A stretch of DNA of 64,000 nucleotides from Dehalococcoidia bacterium (GTDB lineage Bacteria > Chloroflexota > Dehalococcoidia > Bin125): the NCBI GenBank assembly GCA_022825265.1, contig JAJDXE010000015.1:6468-70467 (forward strand), given 5' to 3'. How positions within the stretch are numbered: position 1 is the stretch's first letter; every line of letters starts with the position of its first letter. This document shows positions 46,742 through 55,887 of the stretch, piece by piece. The position numbers and the translations under genes are program-made. The notes under the pieces were generated by a model. It saw only the letters and a program-made list of their open reading frames with translations, searched no databases and was not told where the DNA came from.

Positions 46742-48037
46742 TCAGCCGCCGTTCGCCGCCCGATGGAACGCCCGACCCAGACGCTCCGCCGCGTCCTCGA
46801 GCACCTTCGTCGGCGGCCATGAGTAGGCCAGCCGCACCGACTGGCCGTCGTCGCCCGGGTCGCCCGAGGGATAGAAGCGGTTGCCCGAGGCGAAACTCAG
46901 CCCGTCCTCGGCGGCGAAGTCCCGCACCGCGTCCGCGTTCAGACCGTTGCGCAGCTTGAGCCAGAGGAAGAACCCGCCGGACGGCTCGATCACGTCGAAG
47001 TAGGGCTCGCCGTACGGTTCCAGCGCCCCCGCCAGGGTCTGAGCCTTGAGCGCATACAGCCGCCGCATCTGGTCGACGTGCTCGTGGAAGTTGCCGCGCA
47101 CCATGTACTCGTGCAGCATCCGATGCAGCAGCGGGCTGTTGCCCATGTCGAAGCGGGCCGGCACCATCGCCTGGATCCAGTCCGGGCGAGCCTGCACCCA
47201 ACCGACCCGCAGTCCGGTCGCGATCACCTTCGAGAACGTGCCCACCGTCAGCACGCCGTAGCCGTCGGTCAGCTCCGACAGGGTGGGCGGCGGCGGACCC
47301 TCGAAATACAGCTCCGAGTAGGCGTGATCCTCCATCAGCAGCACCCGCTTGCGAGCCGCCAGCTCGATCAGGTCGAGCCGCCGTTGCAGCGTCATCGTCA
47401 GGCCGGTCGGATTGTGGAACGTGGGCTGCGTGTAGATCAGCTTGACCGTGCGCCCCTCCGACTCCAGCCGATCGATCGTCGACTCAAGCTCGTCCAGCTT
47501 CAACCCCTCGTCGTCCATCCCCACGCCCACGACATCCGCCTGCTTGCCTCGCATCGTCCGCAATGAGCCAGCGAACGTCGGAATCTCCGTGATCACCACG
47601 TCGCCCGGGTCGAGGAACGCGGCGCAGATCGACTCGATCGCCCCCGCCGCGCCGTTGGTCATCAGGAACCAACTCGGGTCGGGCTGCGCCGGATGATTGC
47701 GCGCGAAGTACTGCGCGATCTCGTGCCGCAGCGGCTCGTACCCCTGCGGTCCGCCGTAGACCAGCGGCGCATCGCCCGGCTGCGCCAGCACACGCTCCAT
47801 CGCCGCCAGCAACTCCGCCCGAGGCTGCGTGTCCGCGTCCGGAATCCCGCCGCCCAGCGAGATTGGCGGCAGCGTGCTCGCCCGCGCCCGCTCCGACAGC
47901 CCCCAGGCCGTCGCGTTGCCCGCTTCCATCTTCCTCGTCGCCGCGTTCGCCGTGTGCAGCGCGGGGAAGCTGTCCCACGCGTCGCGAGCCGCATCGGCCG
48001 CGCGGCTGCTGATCGGTGCAAGCGGTTCAGACATCAT
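46742..48037 (-). CDS. PLP-dependent aminotransferase (class I/II fold)
   Basis: SKVIATGLRVGW pyridoxal-lysine region and the fold pattern. Confidence 0.85.
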   Translation of the reverse strand: MMSEPLAPISSRAADAARDAWDSFPALHTANAATRKMEAGNATAWGLSERARASTLPPISLGGGIPDADTQPRAELLAAMERVLAQPGDAPLVYGGPQGYEPLRHEIAQYFARNHPAQPDPSWFLMTNGAAGAIESICAAFLDPGDVVITEIPTFAGSLRTMRGKQADVVGVGMDDEGLKLDELESTIDRLESEGRTVKLIYTQPTFHNPTGLTMTLQRRLDLIELAARKRVLLMEDHAYSELYFEGPPPPTLSELTDGYGVLTVGTFSKVIATGLRVGWVQARPDWIQAMVPARFDMGNSPLLHRMLHEYMVRGNFHEHVDQMRRLYALKAQTLAGALEPYGEPYFDVIEPSGGFFLWLKLRNGLNADAVRDFAAEDGLSFASGNRFYPSGDPGDDGQSVRLAYSWPPTKVLEDAAERLGRAFHRAANGG

Positions 48038-48149
48038 CGTCTCCAGACCTGTCGCCCAAGGCGTGAACGTTCAGCTTATGCGACAACCCCTCCCCAAGTT
48101 CCCGTCCAGTCTTGTTGTAGGGGCGCCCCAAAAGATCGATTCCGGATCA

Positions 48150-48250
48150 CTGAAGACCTCCCCTTCCCATTTCCTCCCCCTCTGCGGGAGCCTGCCCCGC
48201 ACTTGATGCGGGGGTGCCGCGATGCGGCGGAGGGGGCCGCCCGACATCGG
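48150..48250. repeat. GC-rich REP-like multi-hairpin element (AAGACCTCCCC...CTCCCCCTCTGCGGGAG...CCCCGCACTTGATGCGGGG...GCGGAGGGGGCC)
   Basis: Collinear with the 36961-37080 copy, with insertions. Confidence 0.55.
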
Positions 48251-48684
48251 CAACCATCACCAAACAGCCGACAGATCCACACCCTTCCCCTTCCGATCCC
48301 CCGCGCCCCGACACGGGGCCCAGAGCACCCAACCCCGCTAGGACAACACCGTCCGCCTCACTGCAACCCGCCGCAACCCCTCCCTCCCCATTCCCCGCTT
48401 CATGGGAGGACCCGCTCCATCTTCGACCAAGAGACAACAGCACACTTCAACTTGTCATCTGAGCAACTCCCAACCCTCCACCGTCGCTCGACAAGCCAGG
48501 AACCAACAATGTACGTTTGTACGACCTAACGCGACCGGCCACGAGAGATCGTATGTCCAACATCTGCCGCCTACCTGACCGCCTGACCGGCACGCATCCC
48601 GCTGCGCATCCGGCAAGCCCGGCAAACAATGCACAAAATCCGCGTTCGACCGAAAAAACCAGCACCAAACTGTCAGAAATTGCA

Positions 48685-49030
48685 CCCCCGAATCGCACGA
48701 TCTCCAGCAATACGCTGGACTTCGCCCTCGCTTCCGCCTCAGACAAAAAAACTCGCCGATACCGCGCTGGTGTCGCTCGGACCACCCGCTCCAGCGTGGC
48801 CCGGAATCGAACAAAACCGAACAGGCCTGCCCCCGACTTGATCGCGGGACCGAACGCCCCGGCGGTCAGGTCGGCCTGAACGATCCTGAACGAAGCTGAA
48901 CGATCCTGACCGATCTGAACGCACGATCTCCCGTAAAACACTGGAAATCGTGATCAGCGAACCGGAGAAGAAAAATCGGGCTGAACACCTCAACACCTGA
49001 ACACCTGAACACCTGAACACCTGAACGGCA
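48685..49030. repeat. two copies of the roughly 65-nt module (CGCACGATCTCCAGCAATAC...A7 and CGCACGATCTCC...A5) interleaved with CTGAAC arrays, ending in 4x perfect ACACCTGAAC 10-mers about 36 nt before the LLM gene start
   Basis: Direct comparison with 12023-12209. TAGGAT (-10-like) lies 12 nt before the ATG at 49066. Confidence 0.6.
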
Positions 49031-49065
49031 CAGTCGCCCGCGCGACCCCGCTGTAGGATCGTCCC

Positions 49066-50109
49066 ATGCCTTCCGACATCCGACTCGGCGTGCTCGATCA
49101 AATTCCCATCCGCGACGGCGGCACCGCCGCCACCGCGATCTCCGAGACCTTCGAGCTGGCCGAAACTTGCGACCGGCTCGGCTACTCGCGTTACTGGCTG
49201 GCCGAGCATCACAACGCCGGCTCGCTGGCCTGCGCCTCGCCCGAGGTACTGATCCCCCAGGTCGCCTGGCGCACCTCTCAGATCCGCGTCGGCTCGGGCG
49301 GGATCATGCTGCCCCACTACAGCTCGCTCAAAGTGGCCGAGAACTTTCGCACGATGACGACCCAGTTCCCCGGCCGGATCGACCTCGGTGTCGGCCGCGC
49401 CCCCGGCTCCGACGGGCGCACCGCGCGAGCGCTGGTGCATGGACCCGGCGCGCTCGGGATCGACCATTTCCCCGAGCAACTGCTCGACCTGTACGGCTGG
49501 CTGGCCGACGACCTGCCGCCCGACCACCAGTACCGCGAAGTCCGAGCCGCGCCGCCCGGCGCGCCGATGCCCGAGCTCTGGTTGCTCGGCTCCTCGCACT
49601 ACGGCGGGCACGTTGCCGCCGAGCTCGGCTGGTCGCACTGTTTCGCCCACTTCATCTCGCCCGAAGGTGGCGAGCAGGTCGTGCGCAAGTACCGAGAACG
49701 TTTCCAGCCCTCGCCGGTCAGCTCCGAGCCGCGAGCCTCGCTGGGCGTCTCGGTCACCGTCGCCGAGACCGACGAAGAGGCGGAACAGCTCTGCTGGAGC
49801 CGCTGGTGCTGGCGGATCAAGGGCAATCGCGGCGCGCGCGGAGGCATCCCCTCGGTCGAGGAAGCGATGAACTTTCCCTATTCCCAGCCCGAGCTCGACT
49901 ACATCGGCTACATGCAGAACCGCAGCATCCACGGCTCGCCGCAGCGCGTCCGCGAGAAGCTCGAGCAACTGGCCAGGGCCTACGACGTGGACGAGTTCAT
50001 CGCGCTCACGATCACCTACGATTTCGCTGCCCGCATCCGCTCCTACGAACTGCTCGCCGACGTCTTCGAGCTGCCCCGCCCCGAACTCAGTCAAGCGCTG
50101 GCTGACTGA
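49066..50109 (+). CDS. LLM class flavin-dependent oxidoreductase
   Basis: Luciferase-like pattern (YWLAEHH...GGIMLPHYSSLKVAE). Confidence 0.85.
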   Translation: MPSDIRLGVLDQIPIRDGGTAATAISETFELAETCDRLGYSRYWLAEHHNAGSLACASPEVLIPQVAWRTSQIRVGSGGIMLPHYSSLKVAENFRTMTTQFPGRIDLGVGRAPGSDGRTARALVHGPGALGIDHFPEQLLDLYGWLADDLPPDHQYREVRAAPPGAPMPELWLLGSSHYGGHVAAELGWSHCFAHFISPEGGEQVVRKYRERFQPSPVSSEPRASLGVSVTVAETDEEAEQLCWSRWCWRIKGNRGARGGIPSVEEAMNFPYSQPELDYIGYMQNRSIHGSPQRVREKLEQLARAYDVDEFIALTITYDFAARIRSYELLADVFELPRPELSQALAD

Positions 50110-51514
50110 GCAGCGGCGCCGGATCCAGCCCCGCCTCGCTCAAAATGTCGGCTGTAATCCGTTGAGCGATCACATAGCCAGAGTCGTCGCGGCCCTCAAC
50201 CAGCACCGTCAGAAACGGCGTCGTGTTGGATGCGCGGATCACGCACCAGGCGCCTTCCGCCTGACTTGAGAGATCAATTCGAGCGCCGTCAATCTCATTC
50301 ACGGGCCACCGTGCCCGTGCTGTCTTGGCGATCTCCGCAGCGACGCGGTGCTTGCGCTCGTCGGAACAAGCAATCTTGACCTCCGGCGAAATGCAATAGC
50401 GGGGAACAGAGTCCAGAATCGGTTCAAGCGGGCTTCGTGACGCCATCTGAGCAACGCGACAGGCCGTGCGCACGGCGTCGTCGGTGATGTGCGGCGGATC
50501 ATCGACGCGGTAGAAGTAGTGAGTCGACGCCTCGCCGCCAAACCCGATCCCGCGCTCCCGCATCACATACTTGCCCAGCGAGTGTCCGACCGGTCCAACG
50601 CGCGCCCGACCGCCCAGTTGCGTGATGTGGTCGATCACCGCCTGCGAAGTCTTGACGTCGATGTGGATCGAAGCACCGGGATGCAGCGCCAACCAGTCCT
50701 GCGCCAGCAGCGCCAGAACCTGATCGGGCGTAGCTCTGCGTCCCCGACCGTCAACCAGACCCAGCCGGTCGCCGTCGCCATCGAAGGCGAACCCGACATC
50801 TGCGCCCGAGTCGGACACGAACGACGCCAGCTGCGCGACATTCCGGGCGTGTTGCGGGTCAGCGGGGTGGGCTATCTCGGTCTCCTCCGGATCATCGTTG
50901 ATCGACAACACCTCGCAGCCGATCGCCCGCAACGCTGTCGCCGCAGTCACAGTCGCGGCGCCGTTGCCGGGATCGATGGCGACCTGCAACGGACGCCGCA
51001 ATCGAAACGACTCAGCCAGGCTGCGAACGTAGGCCGGCCTCGGGCTCCACAGCGTTCGCTTGCCTTGACGCTTGGCGACGGTAACTCCCGATGCCACAAG
51101 GTCGGCGACCGACTGGATCTGTTCCGGCGAGAACGGCATGGCATCGGTGTGGAGCAGCTTGATCCCGTTGTCGTCGGGAGGGTTGTGCGACGCGGTGACG
51201 ACGAGTCCGGCCGTGAGCCGCTCCTGGGTCAGCAAGGCCGTGGTCCAGTAGACCAACGGCGACGGCGCGCGGCCAATGTCGACGACGTCCAGGCCGGCAT
51301 CGAGCAGCCCGGCGATGGCGGCCTGCTGGAGCGCCGGTGTGGAGCGTCGGAGATCGCCGCCGACCACGACCTGCTCGGTTGACTTGACCAGCTCGGCAAA
51401 GGCCAACCCGGCTCGAAGCGCCAGATCCGGCGTCAGCGGCGCGTCGCTGCCGATGGCCCGCCCGCGGATGTCGTAGGCGCGAAAGATCTCGCGAGGAATC
51501 GGCGAATCGCTCAT
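50087..51514 (-). CDS. phosphomannomutase/phosphoglucomutase (alpha-D-phosphohexomutase family)
   Basis: Active-site TASHNPPDDNGIKL, a metal-binding DGDGDR loop, and an N-terminal FRAYDIRG. Confidence 0.9.
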   Translation of the reverse strand: MSDSPIPREIFRAYDIRGRAIGSDAPLTPDLALRAGLAFAELVKSTEQVVVGGDLRRSTPALQQAAIAGLLDAGLDVVDIGRAPSPLVYWTTALLTQERLTAGLVVTASHNPPDDNGIKLLHTDAMPFSPEQIQSVADLVASGVTVAKRQGKRTLWSPRPAYVRSLAESFRLRRPLQVAIDPGNGAATVTAATALRAIGCEVLSINDDPEETEIAHPADPQHARNVAQLASFVSDSGADVGFAFDGDGDRLGLVDGRGRRATPDQVLALLAQDWLALHPGASIHIDVKTSQAVIDHITQLGGRARVGPVGHSLGKYVMRERGIGFGGEASTHYFYRVDDPPHITDDAVRTACRVAQMASRSPLEPILDSVPRYCISPEVKIACSDERKHRVAAEIAKTARARWPVNEIDGARIDLSSQAEGAWCVIRASNTTPFLTVLVEGRDDSGYVIAQRITADILSEAGLDPAPLLSQPALD

Positions 51515-51533
51515 CGATCATTACCCTACGTCC

Positions 51534-52214
51534 ATGCCGCTCGAAGTCTCGGATATCGACCTCCAACGAACCCTGTTCCGCTTCTTAACCAAGTCGGCGC
51601 GCAAGGGCGAACTCGCAGACCCGGCGGCGGCCGAGCAGCGATTCCCAGCCGCTGCCGGGGCGGTCGACCTGTCGGCGATTGCCGATGGCATGCAGACAAG
51701 GCTGTCCGCGATGTACCCCGACGCTCCCGACCTGCGCGGGCTGTTAGGAGGCGCGTCGGACGACGAACTGCGCGCGATGCAGGCCTTCGACTGGGTCACG
51801 ATCGGGATCTACACCTTCGGCCTCCCACCGACCAAGACCCGCTCCGGCACCCGCGAGAGTTCGGCCCATCGCGCACTCAAGGAATGGGCAGCGTCGAACG
51901 GAGCTGCGCTGGGCGCGCCGGCCGACTCGGTCGGCGTCACCGAGCGCTGGTTCCCGTCCGGCGACGAATCGGACGCCGCCTTCCTTGGCAAAACCGAGTC
52001 CTTGATCGTTGAGGTCCGTCCTCAGGGAACCGAGCCGCACGAGCTCCAGCAAGCTGTGTTCACGCTGGTCAAGATGCGAGCGGTCCGTCGAGCCGAGTCG
52101 TCGCTGGACGGTCGAGACGATGACGTTCGCGTGACTCTGGTCGTCGAAGAAGAGCCGGGCGCTGCGACTCGCGAATTGGCCGAGGAGCTGGGCGTCGCCG
52201 TCTACGTCAGATAA
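51534..52214 (+). CDS. hypothetical protein
   Basis: 226-aa ORF between the two phosphohexomutase paralogs. No family recognised. Confidence 0.45.
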   Translation: MPLEVSDIDLQRTLFRFLTKSARKGELADPAAAEQRFPAAAGAVDLSAIADGMQTRLSAMYPDAPDLRGLLGGASDDELRAMQAFDWVTIGIYTFGLPPTKTRSGTRESSAHRALKEWAASNGAALGAPADSVGVTERWFPSGDESDAAFLGKTESLIVEVRPQGTEPHELQQAVFTLVKMRAVRRAESSLDGRDDDVRVTLVVEEEPGAATRELAEELGVAVYVR

Positions 52215-53646
52215 GCGGCTGAGGCCCGATCGTCGGAGGTTCGTTCAACTGGTCGGTTCCTGCCACGGCGGGATGCCGCGCCAGGACGGTGTGAAGTTGC
52301 TCGGCGAGTCGTCGGTAGGCCGATTCGTCGACGGCCTCGAAGCGCAGACTCAGGGCCGGAGCAGTGTTGGACGCGCGGGCGTGGAGCCAGCCGTCGGCGA
52401 TCGTGACCCGCGCTCCATCGCTCCGATCGACCTGCGAGTCGCCGTGACGGTCGGAGAACCAGTCGCCGATCTGTGCGGCAATACTGGCCTTCTGACCGTC
52501 GGGACAGGGCAGGCGCAGCTCGGGCGAGATCGGCCGTGCGTCGATCTCCGACATCTCATCAGCCAGCGTCGATCCTGTCTCGGACAGGTACTCCAGCAAC
52601 GCGCAAGCAGCGTAGACGCCGTCGTCGATCCAGGGCGCATGCTCGCCAGGTCGATACTCCGGCCCGAACATGATGTGCCCGCTGGTCTCCCCGCCGAACG
52701 CGATCTGCTGCTCGCGCATCAGTCGGCGGAAGAATGAGTAGCCAGTCCTGGCCGACACCGGCTGACCGCCTCTTCGTTCGATGTCGTTGATGGCGCTGGA
52801 GCTGGTCTTCAGATCAACCAGCACCTCGGCACCAGGATGACGTTCCAGCAGCGGCCGTGCCAGCACCGCGGTCAACCAGTCGGCCTCGTATCGTCGTCCG
52901 AGATGATCGACGACGCCGATCCGGTCGCCGTCGCCGTCCCAGCTAATGCCGAGGCCGGCGTCCAGTGTCCGCGTGACCCGAGCAAGTTCGCGCATCGTCT
53001 CGGGATTCTGCGGGTCGGCAGCATCGGACTGTAACGGCCTGGCCGTGGTGCGGATCGCATGCAGCTGTGCGCCGCTGGCGATCAGGGCCGGGGGCGCGGT
53101 GAGCGTCGTCGCGCCGTTGCCGCAATCGATGGCGACTCGGATTCCGGTGTCGTCCCTGAATCGCTCGTTGAGCAACTCGAGATATGGACCGTTCGCGTCG
53201 AACGAGTGACGCGAACCTCGGCTCGCGCTCGTCCGAGAGTCGTGGCCGGCGACGTGTCGGATCTCCTCGGGCAGCAACGGAGTCGCTTCCTCGCCGAGCA
53301 GTTTGAAGCCGTTGTACTCAGGCGGATTGTGGCTCGCCGTCACGATCAGCCCTCCGCCCAGACCGTCCCGCTCGACGCTCCAGCCGATCACCGGCGTCGG
53401 CGCGAGTCCGGCGGCCTGCACGTCGATGCCTGCGTCGAGCGCGCCGCCCACAGCGGCCTCGTAGAGCTCAGGCGACGTCGCGCGTGTGTCGTGACCGATG
53501 ACCATCGAGCTCGCGCCGCGATCCAGCAGCCATTGGGCGAACGCGTTCCCGACTCTCTCCGCGACGTTCGCATCGACCTGATCCGGCGTGGTGCCGCGGA
53601 TGTCATAGGCGCGGATGATCTCGTCGGGAACCTCGCTGGCGGGCAT
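52207..53646 (-). CDS. phosphomannomutase/phosphoglucomutase paralog
   Basis: TASHNPPEYNGFKL, DGDGDR, IRAYDIRG. Confidence 0.9.
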   Translation of the reverse strand: MPASEVPDEIIRAYDIRGTTPDQVDANVAERVGNAFAQWLLDRGASSMVIGHDTRATSPELYEAAVGGALDAGIDVQAAGLAPTPVIGWSVERDGLGGGLIVTASHNPPEYNGFKLLGEEATPLLPEEIRHVAGHDSRTSASRGSRHSFDANGPYLELLNERFRDDTGIRVAIDCGNGATTLTAPPALIASGAQLHAIRTTARPLQSDAADPQNPETMRELARVTRTLDAGLGISWDGDGDRIGVVDHLGRRYEADWLTAVLARPLLERHPGAEVLVDLKTSSSAINDIERRGGQPVSARTGYSFFRRLMREQQIAFGGETSGHIMFGPEYRPGEHAPWIDDGVYAACALLEYLSETGSTLADEMSEIDARPISPELRLPCPDGQKASIAAQIGDWFSDRHGDSQVDRSDGARVTIADGWLHARASNTAPALSLRFEAVDESAYRRLAEQLHTVLARHPAVAGTDQLNEPPTIGPQPLI

Positions 53647-53687
53647 GAAATCACTCTAGGCTGAGTGCGCGGGAAGGGCGGCGGCAA

Positions 53688-55016
53688 GTGGCGTCCTGGT
53701 TTAGCCGCAACGACTGGGAGTCGGCGCTGAGTCGCTGGGACGAAGCGGGACTGCTCGGCGACGAAGCAGTTGAAGCGATTCGCGCCTGGGAGGCGGAGCG
53801 GGAAGCGGAATCCTCGGCGAGTCGGCTGGTTGATGCCCTGTCTTACCTCGGCGTATCGATTGCCCTCGTCGGCGCGTTTCTGGCCGTCGGCCTGATGGAT
53901 TCAAACGACGACGGCAGGGTCTTTGTCCCGCTCGGGATGGGCCTCGTGGCCGGCTACCTGGCGCGAAGCTCCTGGCACTCGAGCTTGAGGGCCGTCTCAG
54001 ACGGGTTGGCGGCGAGCACTGTCATCCTGCTCTCGCTGGCGCTGGGCCTCGCATTGGAGCTGGTTGGCGACGGTGACCAATACAAGATCGGGTTCTTCCT
54101 CATCTGCCTCGGCGCGCTACTCGTCGGCGGAGCAATGGTCCGCCTGACTCGCTCGCGCCTGGCGACATTGCTGGCTGCCCTCGCAGTTGGTCTGATGCCG
54201 TTCTCGATCGCGGTCGATAACAACGCACTCGAGGTGTTCATCGACGGAGGGGTCACCGATTGGCTGACGGGATGGGAACTGTGGGGCACATTCGTTGCGG
54301 TCATCGGAGTTGGCGCCGTGGCGCAGATCGCGACGCTGCGCCCCAGCCGATTGCTGAACGCCGACGCCGTGCCCTGGGCGCGCCTTGGCGCGTCGCTGGC
54401 GACCGGCGCTGCAATCCTCTGGCTCGCGGGCTCGTCGCCCGAGACTGCGATCGACTGGATGTCGCTGCTCGCCGGTTGGCTCGTGACCGTCCTCGCCTTC
54501 CGCCAGGCTCGGTTCGAGCTGCTCCCAGCCTCGGCGCTCCTCCTGCTTGGCTCCCTCGCTGGTGGTCTGTCCCATCTCGAGAGTGACCTGGGCGTCGGGT
54601 TGACCGTTGTGGTGCTGTTCACGGCGCTGCAGGTCACCGTCCTCGGGATAGCCGGACCGCGGTTGTTGGGAAAGCTCGGTGAGCACTGGCTGATGCCCTT
54701 CTGGCAGGCGGCGCTACTGACTGGCGGTGTGGTCGCCGTCTCCATGCTCGCCGCCGAGAACGACTGGCTCGCCGCCATCGGCATCGTCTGGGGACTCTCC
54801 CTGTTGCTTGCGGGTGTAGTCCGGCGGCAACGGCTCGAGTCGTTCTTTGGCGTCGTCGGCGTATATGCGACTGGCCTGACCCTCCTGCTCGGGCGTCTCG
54901 ACTCGAACCTCGGCGCCGTGATCGGGACCCTCGTGTTTGGACTGTTGATTGTGGGCGTCGCGATCATCTGGCGGCACCGCGGTCGGCGATTGACACTGAT
55001 CGAGGCTGACTCATAG
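53688..55016 (+). CDS. hypothetical polytopic membrane protein
   Basis: 442 aa with about 10 hydrophobic segments after a soluble N-terminal 40 aa. Confidence 0.55.
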   Translation: MASWFSRNDWESALSRWDEAGLLGDEAVEAIRAWEAEREAESSASRLVDALSYLGVSIALVGAFLAVGLMDSNDDGRVFVPLGMGLVAGYLARSSWHSSLRAVSDGLAASTVILLSLALGLALELVGDGDQYKIGFFLICLGALLVGGAMVRLTRSRLATLLAALAVGLMPFSIAVDNNALEVFIDGGVTDWLTGWELWGTFVAVIGVGAVAQIATLRPSRLLNADAVPWARLGASLATGAAILWLAGSSPETAIDWMSLLAGWLVTVLAFRQARFELLPASALLLLGSLAGGLSHLESDLGVGLTVVVLFTALQVTVLGIAGPRLLGKLGEHWLMPFWQAALLTGGVVAVSMLAAENDWLAAIGIVWGLSLLLAGVVRRQRLESFFGVVGVYATGLTLLLGRLDSNLGAVIGTLVFGLLIVGVAIIWRHRGRRLTLIEADS

Positions 55017-55082
55017 CCTTGCAGGGTGTGCCCGCCTTCGGAGCGGGTCGTGCTCAGAGTGCGTTTGCCTGGAGGTGTCAGG

Positions 55083-55868
55083 ATGGAAGACAAGACCGTT
55101 TCGCTGGTCAACGGCCGTTTCGACGTTGGCTACATGGAAGCAGGATCCGGACCTGATCTCCTCTTCATCCACGGAGCCGGCGGATTGATCTGGGACCCGT
55201 TCCTGGAGCAGCTCTCGCAGCACCACCGAGTGCTCGCACCGAAGCTGCCCGGCACCGCCAACTCGACCGGCGTCGAGTGGCTGATGGACCATCACGATGT
55301 CTTCTACTTCTACTGGGACTTCCTCGACGCGCTGGGCGTGGACGACGTGATCGTCGTCGGACACTCGATGGGCGGATGGTTCGCGGCCGAGGTCGCGGCG
55401 ATGCAGCCCGGCCGGGTCTCCAAGCTCGTGCTGATCGCTCCGGCCGGCCTCTGGAACGACGACTACCCGGTGGCCGATTTCTTCGCCATGCTGCCCAACG
55501 AACTGGTCCCCGCATTGTTCCACGACACCAACCACCCCGGCGCTCAGATGATGACCGCGCCTCCGCCGGAGGACCCGGACGAGTTGCGCACCGTGACCGT
55601 CGAGCGGGCCAAGATGCTCCAGACTGCCGCCCGCTTCATGTGGCCGATTCCCGACAAGCGCCTCTCCGAACGCATCCACCGCGTCACCTCGCCGACCTTG
55701 ATCGCCTGGGGCGCCTCCGACGGCCTGATTCCGCCGCAGTACGCGGACGACTTCAATCGCGCCATCCCCAACTCCGAGGTGGCGATGTTCAACGCCTCCG
55801 GTCACATGCCGCAGGTCGAAGAGCCTGAGGCGCTGCTCGCCAGGATTGGCGAGTTCCTCAGCGCCTAG
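55083..55868 (+). CDS. alpha/beta hydrolase fold protein
   Basis: Start MEDKTV with GGAGGTG RBS. GHSMGG nucleophile elbow and a C-terminal GH. Confidence 0.8.
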   Translation: MEDKTVSLVNGRFDVGYMEAGSGPDLLFIHGAGGLIWDPFLEQLSQHHRVLAPKLPGTANSTGVEWLMDHHDVFYFYWDFLDALGVDDVIVVGHSMGGWFAAEVAAMQPGRVSKLVLIAPAGLWNDDYPVADFFAMLPNELVPALFHDTNHPGAQMMTAPPPEDPDELRTVTVERAKMLQTAARFMWPIPDKRLSERIHRVTSPTLIAWGASDGLIPPQYADDFNRAIPNSEVAMFNASGHMPQVEEPEALLARIGEFLSA

Positions 55869-55887
55869 AGCTGTCTAGCGCACGGAC

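Noticed and set aside
48038-49065. tmRNA, RNase P, 6S or SRP RNA in the 1-kb non-coding region
   Set aside because: No recognisable conserved cores: no tmRNA tag reading frame or UCCACCA 3' end, and no RNase P P4 sequences. The strong G-depletion on one strand argues against a highly structured RNA on that strand.
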